A stretch of 63,390 nucleotides of DNA, filler included, from Pelomyxa schiedti (Eukaryota > Protista > Evosea), in assembly GCA_020536535.1 (NCBI GenBank). It is 23 parts of 23 records of this genome, joined end to end, with 100 filler letters (N's around TTAATTAATTAA, not from the genome) between each part and the next. Parts side by side here need not be neighbours in the genome. Positions count along the whole stretch, not along the records: positions 1,162 to 11,466 come from JAHLWZ010001270.1; positions 11,567 to 13,418 come from JAHLWZ010002240.1; positions 13,519 to 15,707 come from JAHLWZ010002084.1; positions 15,808 to 16,828 come from JAHLWZ010002991.1; positions 16,929 to 18,352 come from JAHLWZ010002514.1; positions 18,453 to 21,786 come from JAHLWZ010001762.1; 17 more parts are not named here. One strand, written 5' to 3'. This document shows positions 9,726 through 21,400 of this stretch, piece after piece. The number at the start of each line of letters is the position of its first letter. The stretch's first letter is position 1. The translations under genes and the position numbers were made by a program. A model generated the notes under the pieces. The model did not search any database, had not been told where the DNA came from, and was given only the letters and a program-made list of their open reading frames with translations.

Positions 9726-10499
9726 TTAGTAGTGTTTTTGTGGTGGTACAGAAGACATTCTGAGGTGGTGCTTGTTTACACTGTTGTGCAGTTGCTGTAC
9801 ATCGTGGTTGTTTGTGATGTGGGGTGATGGTGGGGGTGTCTGGCTTGTGCCACTGGCCATCATCTGTGAGTTGGCAAGGGACCGCCTCAGTGTTGCCACT
9901 TTGGATTTGTTTCTTTCAGCATCCAATTTGTCCAGTGTGAGCTTTTTAAAAGGAGAGAAATTAGTGTCAACCCTACTGTGCTATTATTTGTTTTTCAATA
10001 ATTCTTTTATTCAAGAAGTAATTAGTATTTACAGTTTCAATAAATTCATTCTTTTTATTTTTTTGAACTGGAGCACTACCATGTCAACGAGCAGCTCGGT
10101 TTTGAATGTGAGCATGTTGTTTCTCTCTCTGAGTGCGGCATTCTCTGCCCTGAGTAAGTCTATTTCCGCCTGCAGAGCTGCCGAGCGATCGCTTTCAATA
10201 TCACCCTGCACTTACAACAACAAATCCAGAAGAAGAAGCTTCAATGAAACAAAAAAAAAAAAAGAATAGTTGCATCACAAACAAAAAAAAAAAAATGATG
10301 TCGGACACGGGAAACGCTCCCGTGTGTGGAGCGTGTCACTCCACACAGACACACCCGACCACTTTCCGGCGGAATAAGTTGCTACTGTTGGAGACGGAAC
10401 CCCGGTCAATGTCAATGCCACGGGGTCAGTGTACCGAGGCAGCTGCGAAGGCGGCGTCTTTGGCAACGCCGTCTTACGCCGAAACATCTTACTCGCCAT
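9726..10499 (-). CDS. CBY1: Chibby-family basal-body coiled-coil protein, 3 exons
   Basis: PKTPP, TVATYSAGKWS and LRERNNMLTFKTELLVDML match recalled Chibby motifs PKKTPP, LKFENGQW and LEEENNLLRLKVDILLDML in the same order. Confidence 0.7.
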
Positions 10500-11566
10500 T
10501 AATTAATCAGTTACACGGGTGAACAATAAAATGCGAAAAGAGGGATCTTGTACAGCGTACAGGGACGCGGGTTTGGTTGATGTCCAGGTTGATGTCCTGG
10601 TTGATGTGTCTGCACCTACGTCTCTGATATCAGGCTCAGAAGGCCCCTTTCCCTGAAATCCGAAACAACAAAATAAAACAAAACACGAAGGCGATGCGCG
10701 GCTGTTGTTCGTCGGTGGGGCTCTGGTGCGTGCGGCACTGGGGAGGGACCTGTCATTTAAAATGAAGTGTGTTGTGACATTCGCAGCTGTACCGTTTTAT
10801 CGGTCTGTTCTCCTTTTCTTTTTTTTTTTCTTCTTCTTTTTCGCCTTGTGTTTGTCCCGGATTGTTGAGTAAAAACCTAAATAATTTCGTTTTCAAATAT
10901 AGATATATTATATATTATATAATATATCCCTGGCCTTAAACTTCCAACACAAATAAAATAAAACAGAAAGGTGATGCTGTGCTAATGCTGGGTGAGGGCG
11001 TTTCTTTGTGGTGAATTCCACATCGAAATATGATACCACTCCATTGCTTGTACGCGCTGCTGGTGTAGGCACAAGGTTTGTTGCAAATAATTCGGATTAT
11101 TTTATTATTTTTTAAAAATATCTTTTATAAGTCCCTCTCACTCAAGGAAATAACATCAATGATCTTACTCCTTGGCCTTGTCTGAGCCTGTTGAAGATTT
11201 TTATTTGACTCGTCGGACTGAGTCCTTCCACAGGCACCGCAGCAATACCACAAGTGTGAGTACCGCAGCTGCTCCACCAAGTATTCTGCTTCCCGTCCTC
11301 AGGTTAAGACACCGAGGCCTTTTTGTTTAAAAAAAAAAGAATTTTTTTTACAAAAAAAGGAAAAAGTAACAAATGCTGTTTCTTAAGTGTAACTACGGTA
11401 CCAATGCGGTGGTAGACCATAGTTGTGGTGGTGTGGTATTGGGAGAGGGCAGTAGCATTCGAAAATNNNNNNNNNNNNNNNNNNNNNNNNNNNNNNNNNN
11501 NNNNNNNNNNTTAATTAATTAANNNNNNNNNNNNNNNNNNNNNNNNNNNNNNNNNNNNNNNNNNNN

Positions 11567-11835
11567 GTATGCCAAACCCATTCCCTGAGTGTTTTGCGTG
11601 AAACATGCCAAAACGCAGCCTCCTGATCCTCAGTGGAGTACACCCTTAAGAACCGCAATGCCCAAAGCAAGTGCAGTGGTGAAACACCCACTGTGTGTGT
11701 ATCAATTAGAATGAGCAGGTCCACAATGGTGTCAAAACAAATGCCGAAATTGCTAGCCACAACTCGTGGCTCAACTGATCCAAACACCTCCACCAGCAGT
11801 CCCCCCAAAATCATTTCATACAAAGCACGACTCAT
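11567..11835 (-). mobile_element. N-terminus of a PIF/Harbinger-ISL2EU-like DDE transposase (truncated by contig end)
   Basis: FG....PLHLLWALRFLRVYSTEDQEAAFWHVSRKTLREWVW resembles the helical/HTH region preceding DDE_Tnp_4-type catalytic cores. The catalytic domain is not in the window. Confidence 0.7.
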
Positions 11836-12406
11836 TTTATCAATTAATGAACAAAGTGAACATGAAATTAATCTGTAATTGAAGGGGTTGATGTAGCCAT
11901 TCGTTCAAAATCAGTACCAACTTGCAGAAAATCGCGAACATGCTTGCGATGAATTTACAGGAAATCAATCGATGAAATCACTTCGTGCAAGGGAGTTTTC
12001 TCAGTAACCAGGAGCCCTCCGGTCACCCCAACACAGGATATTGTGGGTCCTACGAATGCCCACAAGTTTGTACTGGTGGGCAGTCTCGAGGCGTCCACTG
12101 CAGCGAGAAAAATGGGATGTTTGTTGATGGGAATCTGCGAAATCGTAAATCGATTGATCATGAAATCGCAACTATTCAATGCGAAATCGGCACATTTCGG
12201 AGGGAAATATTTCGAAGTGAAATGTAGCGGTGTGGGGATTTGCCACATGTTCTCTTCGTGAAGAAGAATGACATGGTTGGAAATGTGACTCAACAGTGCA
12301 AAAAATGCAAGTTTTCCCAGACTTTTAAGGCCAGAAAAAAGAAGCTTTTCAAAACAAAACAAAAACGACTGCCTACAAGTTCGATCTTTCAGAACCAGCA
12401 CTTGAA

Positions 12407-13211
12407 ATGACTGACAAGAAGGTTGATATGCGGAAGTTAACAAAGGAGGACAGAAACCTACTCATGGAGCTTGCCAAACAAGGTTGGCTCTTCCTCTTTG
12501 TAATTGACTCATAAACACTATAGGGAAAACCACAAAGGACATTGCTGCAACCATGGATATACCGGAGGAGAAAATTAAGCAATGGCAGGCCCGCCAAGGT
12601 GGTGAGTGCATTTATTGATTCCTCACTCATCAAAAACAGATAAAAAAAAGCCAACTGGACCAAGACCAAAGAGCCGACGCCGTGCAAGCAGCACTTCTGC
12701 GTCATCAGCAGCCATAGATTTGAGTGACGTCGAATCTGATGACCCTGAGACGCAAACACAGACAACCACACCAACGTTCACCCCTGAGAGTCTGATAACA
12801 AGTGCAGTGCAAAGGTGCGCAGTTGTGACAGCCTCTTTTGCACCATGTGTTTTTGCAACAGCCCAAGAGGTGTTCATCCTCTTTCCAGTCACTAATCCTC
12901 GCTTTCAACTTCAATTTTTCATTGAGTGGGATGAGAAGTTGGTGGTTGTGAAAGTTGTGTCTCCCCCAGTACCTGAAACTGTCCTGAGCACCTTCACTAA
13001 TGGTCGAATAGCACAGCACTTGGTTGCAGACCGCACAAGCACCATCAAAATTGCTGTGCCAATTGACTTTTCAAGGATCGACCGTTCCCGAAATCCCCAG
13101 CATGTTGGCCCAAATGTGGAACTTCCCAACCTAGTTTCCACTGTTGCTGAAGGATTGGTCATTTATCTCAAACCACTGGAGGAGCAACGAACTGGCCTTC
13201 AGTTAGTTTAA
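12407..13211 (+). CDS. HTH DNA-binding protein, 3 exons (12407-12482, 12524-12601, 12640-13211); probable transposon accessory protein
   Basis: Two GT-AG introns join MTDKKVDMRKLTKEDRNLLMELAKQGKTTKDIAATMDIPEEKIKQWQARQG (HTH) in frame to ORF 12606-13211. It is divergently oriented from the transposase. Confidence 0.75.
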
Positions 13212-13227
13212 TACAAAGGAAAAAATT

Positions 13228-13418
13228 TCATTTTTCTTGCATTACCCCAAGTGCCGAAACGAGAGAGAATTTGTACGATGCCGGGCAAAAAGCCGTAGTG
13301 TATTTTATCTCTTGTCATGAATACCAGAAAGGGTGTGACTGGTGAAAGGACAATCAGTTAAAAAACGGCTGAGGAGTTGCGTTTGAATGATGGTTTCTTG
13401 GTCATCCTTATCGGCCTG
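13228..13418 (-). CDS. 3' end of an unknown ORF convergent with the HTH gene
   Basis: Open frame QADKDDQETIIQTQLLSRFL...FGTWGNARK* running from the contig edge. Confidence 0.35.
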
Positions 13419-13518
13419 NNNNNNNNNNNNNNNNNNNNNNNNNNNNNNNNNNNNNNNNNNNNTTAATTAATTAANNNNNNNNNNNNNNNNNNNNNNNNNN
13501 NNNNNNNNNNNNNNNNNN

Positions 13519-13882
13519 ACCAGGCCACGAGGCGCCAGCCGTCGCTCGGGGCAGAGACGACGCGGCAGGTGACGCCGAGGGTGTGGGAGACGCCCACCAC
13601 CGCCGTTATGTTGCTGCCGTCGTCGCCTTCGCCTTCGCCTTCGCCGTCGCCGCCGGTGGACGTGGACGTGGCGGCGGTTGTGACGTGGCCAAAGTGGATG
13701 GCCACGTGGGTGGTGGGGAGGACGTGGCGGGAGCAGACGAGGTGGAGCAGCGGGGGCGTGAGGAGCCTGGCCCAGCTGGCGGCCCCGCACCGCGGGGAGC
13801 ACGAGGCCACAGCGAGGGCGACGCACTGCCCCTGCGCCGTCGGGGCGGTGGTGCTGATACCTAGTTCCCCGGTGATGCCCAT
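13519..13882 (-). CDS. 5' part of an ARxQ-family gene; recent tandem duplicate of 14175-15455
   Basis: AQGQCVALAVASCSPRCGAASWARLLTPPLLHLVCSRHVLP..VGVSHTLGVT is nearly identical to the neighbour. Confidence 0.8.
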
Positions 13883-14174
13883 CTTGTTTCGTGGGTTTCG
13901 GCGAAGGTAATCGCGAGCAGTTTTCTGACAGCCACTTCTCTTGCGAAGAGGCGAGGTTTTGCTCCCCACATTTCTGAAAATAAAATGTTGGATCACGCCG
14001 GACTGTGGTGTCGATTAACAGTTACATCTCAGCAAGGAGCGAATTCGCTCCGAGGGAGCATATACGACCCACTCTTTCACCACACCTCAACGTCACAACC
14101 GCCTACGGCGACGGTGTTTAAATAATCACACATGCATTGTGGGTTACATAGCATTGAGATCATCATGATCATGT

Positions 14175-15455
14175 TCAGGAAAAAAACCTGTGGAATCTGA
14201 TTTGGCAACCACCAACAACGGAGACGGAGAAGAGGATGGATGATGTTTCAGGATCAACAAGAGTGGCTGTGTTGCTGTTGTAGTCGCACAAGCACATCAC
14301 ACCACCACCTCCAAACAGGTCGCTTGGGTAAACATCGCCCAATGTGGTTGTGTTGACTGGGACTGATGTGTCCCCTCTGTTGCCATCAAACACACTCTGT
14401 TTTCTTGTTGTGTGAACACCAAAGAGCCCATTTCCGATGTCAAAAACAGCAGAATAGGTGTAATGGAAGGCACATGGAATCTCTGACACAACACGACCAG
14501 ATTTGACACTGAACAGGGAGACGGTGTGATCTTTCAGTTCAAGTGGAACGAGGTAATCATCGCGCTCTGGGATTGGGACTACCTGGGAGGGATAACAATA
14601 AGGCCGCAGCTCTGGGACTGGCCACGACCTCACCACCACCGCCATCAATGAGCAAAAGCACGTTGGCCTGGTGCATGCATTCCAGCTTTGCTCCAAATCA
14701 GCCACCACAAGTGCCCTCTCCCCAGGGTCCTCAGAATACACCAGCGCCACCACCTCGTTTCCATGAGCCCCAACACGCCCACCCCCCGGCACAACATCAG
14801 TCATGAGCTTCATCCACCTGCACCGGACAGCCGGCCTGATGCCCATCTGAATCCTCCTCGGGGCATAGAAACACAGCCTCATGCCAAAGTCGACCTCGAG
14901 GCGGTCGAGCCTCCACACCATCAGGACCCTGTTCCCTATCCACCCGTCGCCCACGTCGCTGACCAGCCACCTCTCGTTCACGTGCACGAGCTCGCCCCCC
15001 GGCGCGGGGTCCATCACCCCGCGGTGCCTCACCTCGTGCCTCACCAGGCCCGTCGCGGCGTCCCGCACCTGCGCGAGCTGGCGCCGCTCGTACACCGTGG
15101 CGGCCGGGGGCCCGGCGCACCAGCCCAGGAGGCGCCAGCCGTCGCTCGGGGCGGACACCACGCTGTGGGTGACGCCGAGGGTGTGGGAGACGCCAACCAC
15201 CGCGGTTATGTTGCTGCCGTCGTTGCTGGGCGTGGCGACGGTTGTGACGTGGCCAAAGTGGATGGCGACGCGGGCGGCGGGGGAAGCGGGGAGGACGTGG
15301 CGGGAGCAGACGAGGTGGAGCAGCGGGGGCGTGAGGAGCCTGGCCCAGCTGGCGGCCCCGCACCGCGGGGAGCACGACGCGGTGGCGAGGGCGACGCACT
15401 GCCCCTGCGCACTTGTCGGTATCGTTGTAGTTACCGTGGGACCCTGGTCGATCAT
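14175..15455 (-). CDS. Intronless ARxQ-family protein (426 aa)
   Basis: Long ORF with SAQGQCVAL..PRCGAAS..LLTPPLLHLVCSRHV..GVSHTLGV..VNERWLV..VADLE..LVDPETS. Confidence 0.85.
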   Translation of the reverse strand: MIDQGPTVTTTIPTSAQGQCVALATASCSPRCGAASWARLLTPPLLHLVCSRHVLPASPAARVAIHFGHVTTVATPSNDGSNITAVVGVSHTLGVTHSVVSAPSDGWRLLGWCAGPPAATVYERRQLAQVRDAATGLVRHEVRHRGVMDPAPGGELVHVNERWLVSDVGDGWIGNRVLMVWRLDRLEVDFGMRLCFYAPRRIQMGIRPAVRCRWMKLMTDVVPGGGRVGAHGNEVVALVYSEDPGERALVVADLEQSWNACTRPTCFCSLMAVVVRSWPVPELRPYCYPSQVVPIPERDDYLVPLELKDHTVSLFSVKSGRVVSEIPCAFHYTYSAVFDIGNGLFGVHTTRKQSVFDGNRGDTSVPVNTTTLGDVYPSDLFGGGGVMCLCDYNSNTATLVDPETSSILFSVSVVGGCQIRFHRFFS

Positions 15456-15967
15456 TAAAAATTTTGATTTGTGTGAGCACTGACTTTGTGTGCTTTGTTC
15501 AAAGGGGTTTCAGTATGGCGCAGTGCGTGTTGTGAAGAGGACTTCCACGTGTCCCTCAGTGCAAGCACGCACCATTGAGAAACTCAACTTTGTTACATTC
15601 ATGCATTTACTCCTCAAAGCAGTGCACTCCTTCACTTGCGCTAGAACACTCTGGAAACAAGGAACCCAAAAACTGGTGTGATCCTTAGGATGATAGTGCC
15701 TGATGCANNNNNNNNNNNNNNNNNNNNNNNNNNNNNNNNNNNNNNNNNNNNTTAATTAATTAANNNNNNNNNNNNNNNNNNNNNNNNNNNNNNNNNNNNN
15801 NNNNNNNGACAGCACACATGCCGCAACCAAACAAAACTCTGCCGGCGTGCCAAAATGCCCGCTGGCACACGCCAGAATCACAGTAGCGCTCGCCGGCAGC
15901 ACTGCCACAGCACCACAATAAATAGAACTCTGCTAACTTTTAAAGGACCGGTACCACGTGCGACAAG

Positions 15968-16828
15968 ATGTCGAGCGTAATAGACCTCACTTCGAGGAAG
16001 CGACCTTACTCGCCGTCGCAGTCGAAATTGGTGCCGCCCGCGGCGCCGCTTCTCGCAGCGGCTGCGCCGACGCGGCCCCCGAAGGCGCCGAGGCTCTACC
16101 ACCAGTTCGCGGCGGGCTCGGCGGACTTCCAGCTGATGGTCAAGTGGGCCGAGGGCAAGGCCGCGGCGCCCATGGACCGCGAGCACTGGGACTGGTTCGT
16201 CGACATGGGCGTCTTGATGGCGCCGCTGGTGGGGCCCGGGAAGCGCGGCAGGACCAACACGTGGCTCGACGTGGTTCGCAGGGTGCCGACCAAGGGGCGC
16301 GAGGGGCAGATCCGCGACGGGACTGACCTGCACCGTGTGCTGACCGCCGGGGCGCTGTGGCAGCGCCCCAAGGACCGGGCCAAGTACACGGCCCCCGACG
16401 TGTCGTTGGAGGAGAGGCTGCTGCTCGTCGTTGCATTGATTTCGAGGTCCGAGCAGATCGAGCTGGACATACCTCAGAGGCACTGCTTCATGTCTAGGTC
16501 GTCATTCCCCCCCAAAGCAAGCTGGCCAGGGTGCAAAGCGGCACAACCTTCTGATGCATCAACTCAAACCACTTCACCAACAACACCGGCACCAACACAA
16601 ACACCAACACCAGTAGCTGCACCACCAGGAACAACACCAGCAGCAGCAGCTGCTGCTGCTGCACAAACAACTTCAGCCACTCCAGATATGCAGCAACCTC
16701 CACCTGCGAGCTGCGACATTGGTGCCACTGACAATAGCACATCAGGTACTAGTACTCAGCCAACAGCAACATCAGACACAAGTGAAAATCCCCTACTTAC
16801 AAAGGCTGCTGATTCTGTTATTGACGTG
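15968..16828 (+). CDS. Hypothetical protein, 5' part (globular N-terminus plus Thr/Ala/Pro-rich region)
   Basis: ORF of about 287 codons with GC3-biased codons, open to the contig end. Confidence 0.65.
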
Positions 16829-17085
16829 NNNNNNNNNNNNNNNNNNNNNNNNNNNNNNNNNNNNNNNNNNNNTTAATTAATTAANNNNNNNNNNNNNNNN
16901 NNNNNNNNNNNNNNNNNNNNNNNNNNNNTGCTGTTTGTGCTGTTTGTGCTGTGCAGGTGATCGACTGTTCACTGTGCTGTGTGTTGTGGTCTGAGAAAAA
17001 GTACACCCAGTTCACTGTGCTGTGCGTTGGTATTGAGAAAAAGTGCACAACACTGTACTGTTGTTTGAGGAAAAATTCGTTTATT

Positions 17086-18059
17086 TTACAGCAGGGAAAT
17101 TTTTTCCTGTTGCTTGGCAACAGTCACTCGGTGCCAGCCATTTATTTTTTGGGATGCACTGCCTTTCTCTCGTGTGGTGACACTGACAACTGAGGGGAAC
17201 TGAACAACCCAGGGATCTGTCATCCCATTCATCAGTTTTTCCTCTGTTCCCATTGGGGGTGGGGGAGTTGGGGAGATTATGAGGGAGGTTGGGGTAAGGG
17301 ATATCTGTGGAGTAGCACCTAGTTTAAAGATAAGTCTAGGAACAACATGACTCAACACACCAGGTGCGTCAGGAATCCAGACATGATAAAACGCCTCACT
17401 CTCAGACACATAGCAGCAAGGGGACCCACATATCCTTGGCTTTTTGGTTTTTCCCGGACTTGGTGTTGAAACAACTTCCCTCTTTGTTGGGACCACAGAG
17501 TCTCTTTTCAGTGCAAGGTTGCGAGCTCCACACTTCTTTGCAAGCTCAGTGAACTGTTCAGTGTCACATGATTTAAGATTTGTTTTATTCCCTGAAGTCA
17601 TGTTATTACTGATGTTGATTTTGACAGAACACATACCTCCAAGTTGCGCCAGATCAAGCAATGTCTGCTCACTTTGTGTCATCTTCACCCCATCATCGGA
17701 AGGGATTTCAGAAGATGTTGTGGTTGTTGTCTCCACTGGAGGTGGGCTCTGTGGTTGTTCTGGGCTCAAGTCTGTCGCAGGAGGAGAGTTCAACTCTGGC
17801 TCATATTCGTCATTACTCATTCTCTTCTTGGGATGGGATCTGGGAGTGCGGGCAATATAATTCCAGTGTTCTCTTATGCCTCTGTTTGATTGTTAGTTGT
17901 GAACATTTCCCAGTTTGCAAACCTGATGTCCCGTGGTGCAAAGAAAGGTGCCACAGCCTCCACCATGTCTTGTGTGGGTTTCTTCTTGAAAGAAAACCCC
18001 TTTTCTTCTAGAGTTTGAAAGAACTTGTGGTTCTCCTCTTTGGTCCAGTGACCTCGCAT
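17086..18059 (-). CDS. Myb/SANT-like domain protein, 2 exons, with acidic/Thr linker and beta-rich C-terminal domain
   Basis: Exon 1 MRGHWTKEENHKFFQTL...APRDI splices across a GT..ACTAAC..AG intron (about 17882-17922) to RGIREHWNYIART and then ORF 17086-17820. Confidence 0.7.
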
Positions 18060-18452
18060 AGTGACTGCTTTGAGGTGTTTTTATTATTCTCATAATGTAG
18101 TTTTCTACTGCCTTTATGCCTGGTTTTTCGAACTGCACCTTGTTCCACTTTCCCCACAGAAGTTACATGTGTGTAACTTTGTATACTTAGTGATTCCATT
18201 TTTCCAATTCACAGAGATCTCTAAAAACAAGGTAAACAAGAAAAATAAAATGGACTTTTTGCTGTTGGGTCAGGTGCACATCGGCTGTAACTCAGCAGAC
18301 ACATTCAAGGTGTGAATGTTGTTTTCCTTTGCGATAATGAAACAACCAAGCCNNNNNNNNNNNNNNNNNNNNNNNNNNNNNNNNNNNNNNNNNNNNTTAA
18401 TTAATTAANNNNNNNNNNNNNNNNNNNNNNNNNNNNNNNNNNNNNNNNNNNN

Positions 18453-21400
18453 AGCGGTTAAAGTGGGGAAAGTAAACGTGACATTCACAGGTTCGTAGGG
18501 TTGGGGTTGTTTGTACTTTCTAACATTATTTCTTCCTAGCTGCACCAATGTATTGCGACACAATCAATATCACATCTCTTCCATTCACATATGAAGTAAA
18601 CACAACAAAGTTTGGCTACACAAATTCAATGGCAAAGGCATATGCTGTGAGAGGTTTTCCCACCGTTTTCTTTTCTTTCTTCTTTACTGTTCTTACCAAC
18701 CCCAAGGTGCAACATTTCTATGGCACAATACTTTTACAGCAACCTCACTAAATATTTTCGCCGACACTTGTTCATCATCCACAAATGTTGACACCTCTCT
18801 TTTTTTTTACGAGCCCTCCTCATCACTCACATGCTCCACAACATTATCGTCAACAACAAGTTCAGATGCCAAATATAATGGTGACTGGAGTAGCAGACCT
18901 TGCTCGTCATTTATGGTAACAGCTAAAGCGGGCAAACATTATGTATTCATTGCCTCTGGCGAACATTTTTACAACCCCACTTTTACATTCAGGCTTAGTG
19001 GTAAATTACCCCCTTCCTCATTGAACTGCAATAACACCATTAAAGCCCGCGACCTTGTATGTGAAGTGCCCAAACAGATGCAGATATTAGAAGGGGGTTC
19101 CAAAAACATATCACTTGGCATGATTTCTGGATCAGATAGTAATGCTGTGATGAACGTCAGTTGCTTTGGGTTAAGTTCTCCAGCTGGATGTATAACCCTA
19201 ATTCTACATTGCATCTTTTTAAATTTGTTTTAGTGGACCTCGTGAAGTTCCATCTAAGCCAACCGACTCTTCTGATGGTCACGACTAGTCTTAATGGTTG
19301 GCGTCCTGGCAACTTCTATGTGGGATTAGTGACGCTATGTGATTCGAATGGATTTGCCACTGGCTGCTATTACTCAACAAGTACGTCTATTTCGGCTTCA
19401 CTTGATGCGGGAGATTACTTCATGGTTCCTGTCAATATGGACACGAGTTCCTTTAACTATTCTGTCACAGTAACTGGTTTGTACTTTGCTTCGAATTATA
19501 CCCAACTTAGAGCTCTCCCCAACTACCACAGCCATCCAGATGAACTGCTCTGCAGCTAAAAAAATAACATCTTTACCATTTAACCATCTGGGCACCACTG
19601 TTGGGGCTCCATACTCCACTGTGAATTGTGACTGGAATCTTCAAAATACTTTCTCCAGAGGTTCACTTGTCTCAATATGAGGAAGTTGTCGTTTGATCTA
19701 ATAGCTTTTTCCCACACCAAGGTGCATTGTACTCTTTCACCCCATCTGGTACTAGTGTGTTTCGAGCAGACCTCTGTGGTGGTAAGGACTTCTCCGCCTA
19801 CATCAAAGTTTTCACGGGATGCCATGATAACGGCGCGATGGACAAGTGCATCACGGGACTTTCAGCAGGATTTTGCAGCGATTATAACTTTCCTTCCTCC
19901 ACCTGGCAGGGTAAGTCAGGTGTCACATATTACATCTGGGTTGGAAGTTCAAAATCACAAGCTGGAAACTACAACCTGACTGTTTCGCGTGTGTCTTCTA
20001 CTCTTTTGAGGAGAAGATTTCTCATTTGTATTTATAGTATATTCCCCAGTGAATTGCTCTGCGGCAGTATCTCTCACTGCCCCAGCTACAGTGTCGGTTA
20101 CTCTTCCTTCCATAAGTTATATGGTCCCCTGTCAGGATGGCATTCCAAGCACTGGTGAGATTAATTCGTTAGTTCCTGTCAAGCCTGACTCACCTGTACA
20201 AAGGGGCTTTATACTCCATCACCCCAAGTGCAGATACAATCTATATCGTCAATCAGACACGGTTCACGATTTGGCAGGGCTGTTCCAATGGTTACGTTGG
20301 ATATTGCATGCCTGGTACAACGGTTTCCAATGGCTTCTTAGCGTTGCCTTTGCGTGGCGGAATCACATCATACCTTATGCTTTCAGGCTACTTTACGGAA
20401 ACCTTCACATTTAGCATCAACAGTAACTATAACACTCACATTCATTCGCTGCATTCACCTATTTATTCGTAGCCATCTCCCAATCCCAGTGCAGTGGAGG
20501 ACGAACAATTAGCAGCCTTCCATTTACTGAAACTTGGAATATCACAAATGCCCCTTGGTATTTCTTGCATTTCACACCCACGGGCGAAGCAATTAAAGGT
20601 TTGTGCCAAAAATACTCTATTTACTCCTGACTCAAGCGCTGTTACCTGTATAGGGAGGTTATTCAACTACACTTCTTCCTACTCTGCCACCATAACTGTT
20701 TCAACATGTGGCAGTTCTGATACTTCCAGCTCCCTGAAATCCAAGGTCACTGTCTTCAAAAATTGTGGATCTTCAGCAATTCTTGTTGGTGAGGCGTCTC
20801 AGAATTGTGATAATCATGCATTTGTCCGCTGGGCTGCCTCTTCTGGGACGAAATACTTCATTCTTGTATCCACTACAAATGACGTAGACGGAACATTCCA
20901 GCTGCACGTCTACGACTCTTCAATTGGTGTGCACTCTTTTCCACATTATTTTCCTTTTAGCTCGTCCTGTAACCGTCTCCCCTAGTTGGTTACAGCCTCA
21001 ATGGGGGAGATGACACCTTGAATATAATTGAGGGTTTCCCCCTGGAACCTGTCTGGAAACCCCTCTGCACCACTTCATACCCAATCTATGACGTGCAAAT
21101 CTCAGGCTCACAATTCCCTGGAGATGTTGCGCACGGATCGAAGTGGTCAAACGTGCTATACAAAGTTGCAGAAAAGACTGGCGAAGTGAGCACAGTTGGC
21201 TTAACTGACTGTTCGTTCAAGATCATTGGTAACCTCGACATCTTCGGTGTGGAAGTTCTTGGTGCAGCATGGTCAGCGCAGCGACAGCTGATGTACCTTA
21301 TGGCAAAAAGTTCCATTTCCACCACAACCAACATTTACACTCTGGATTTGGACACAGGCCGTGCTTCATTTGTGATGTCGCTTGGCACATTAAATTTACA

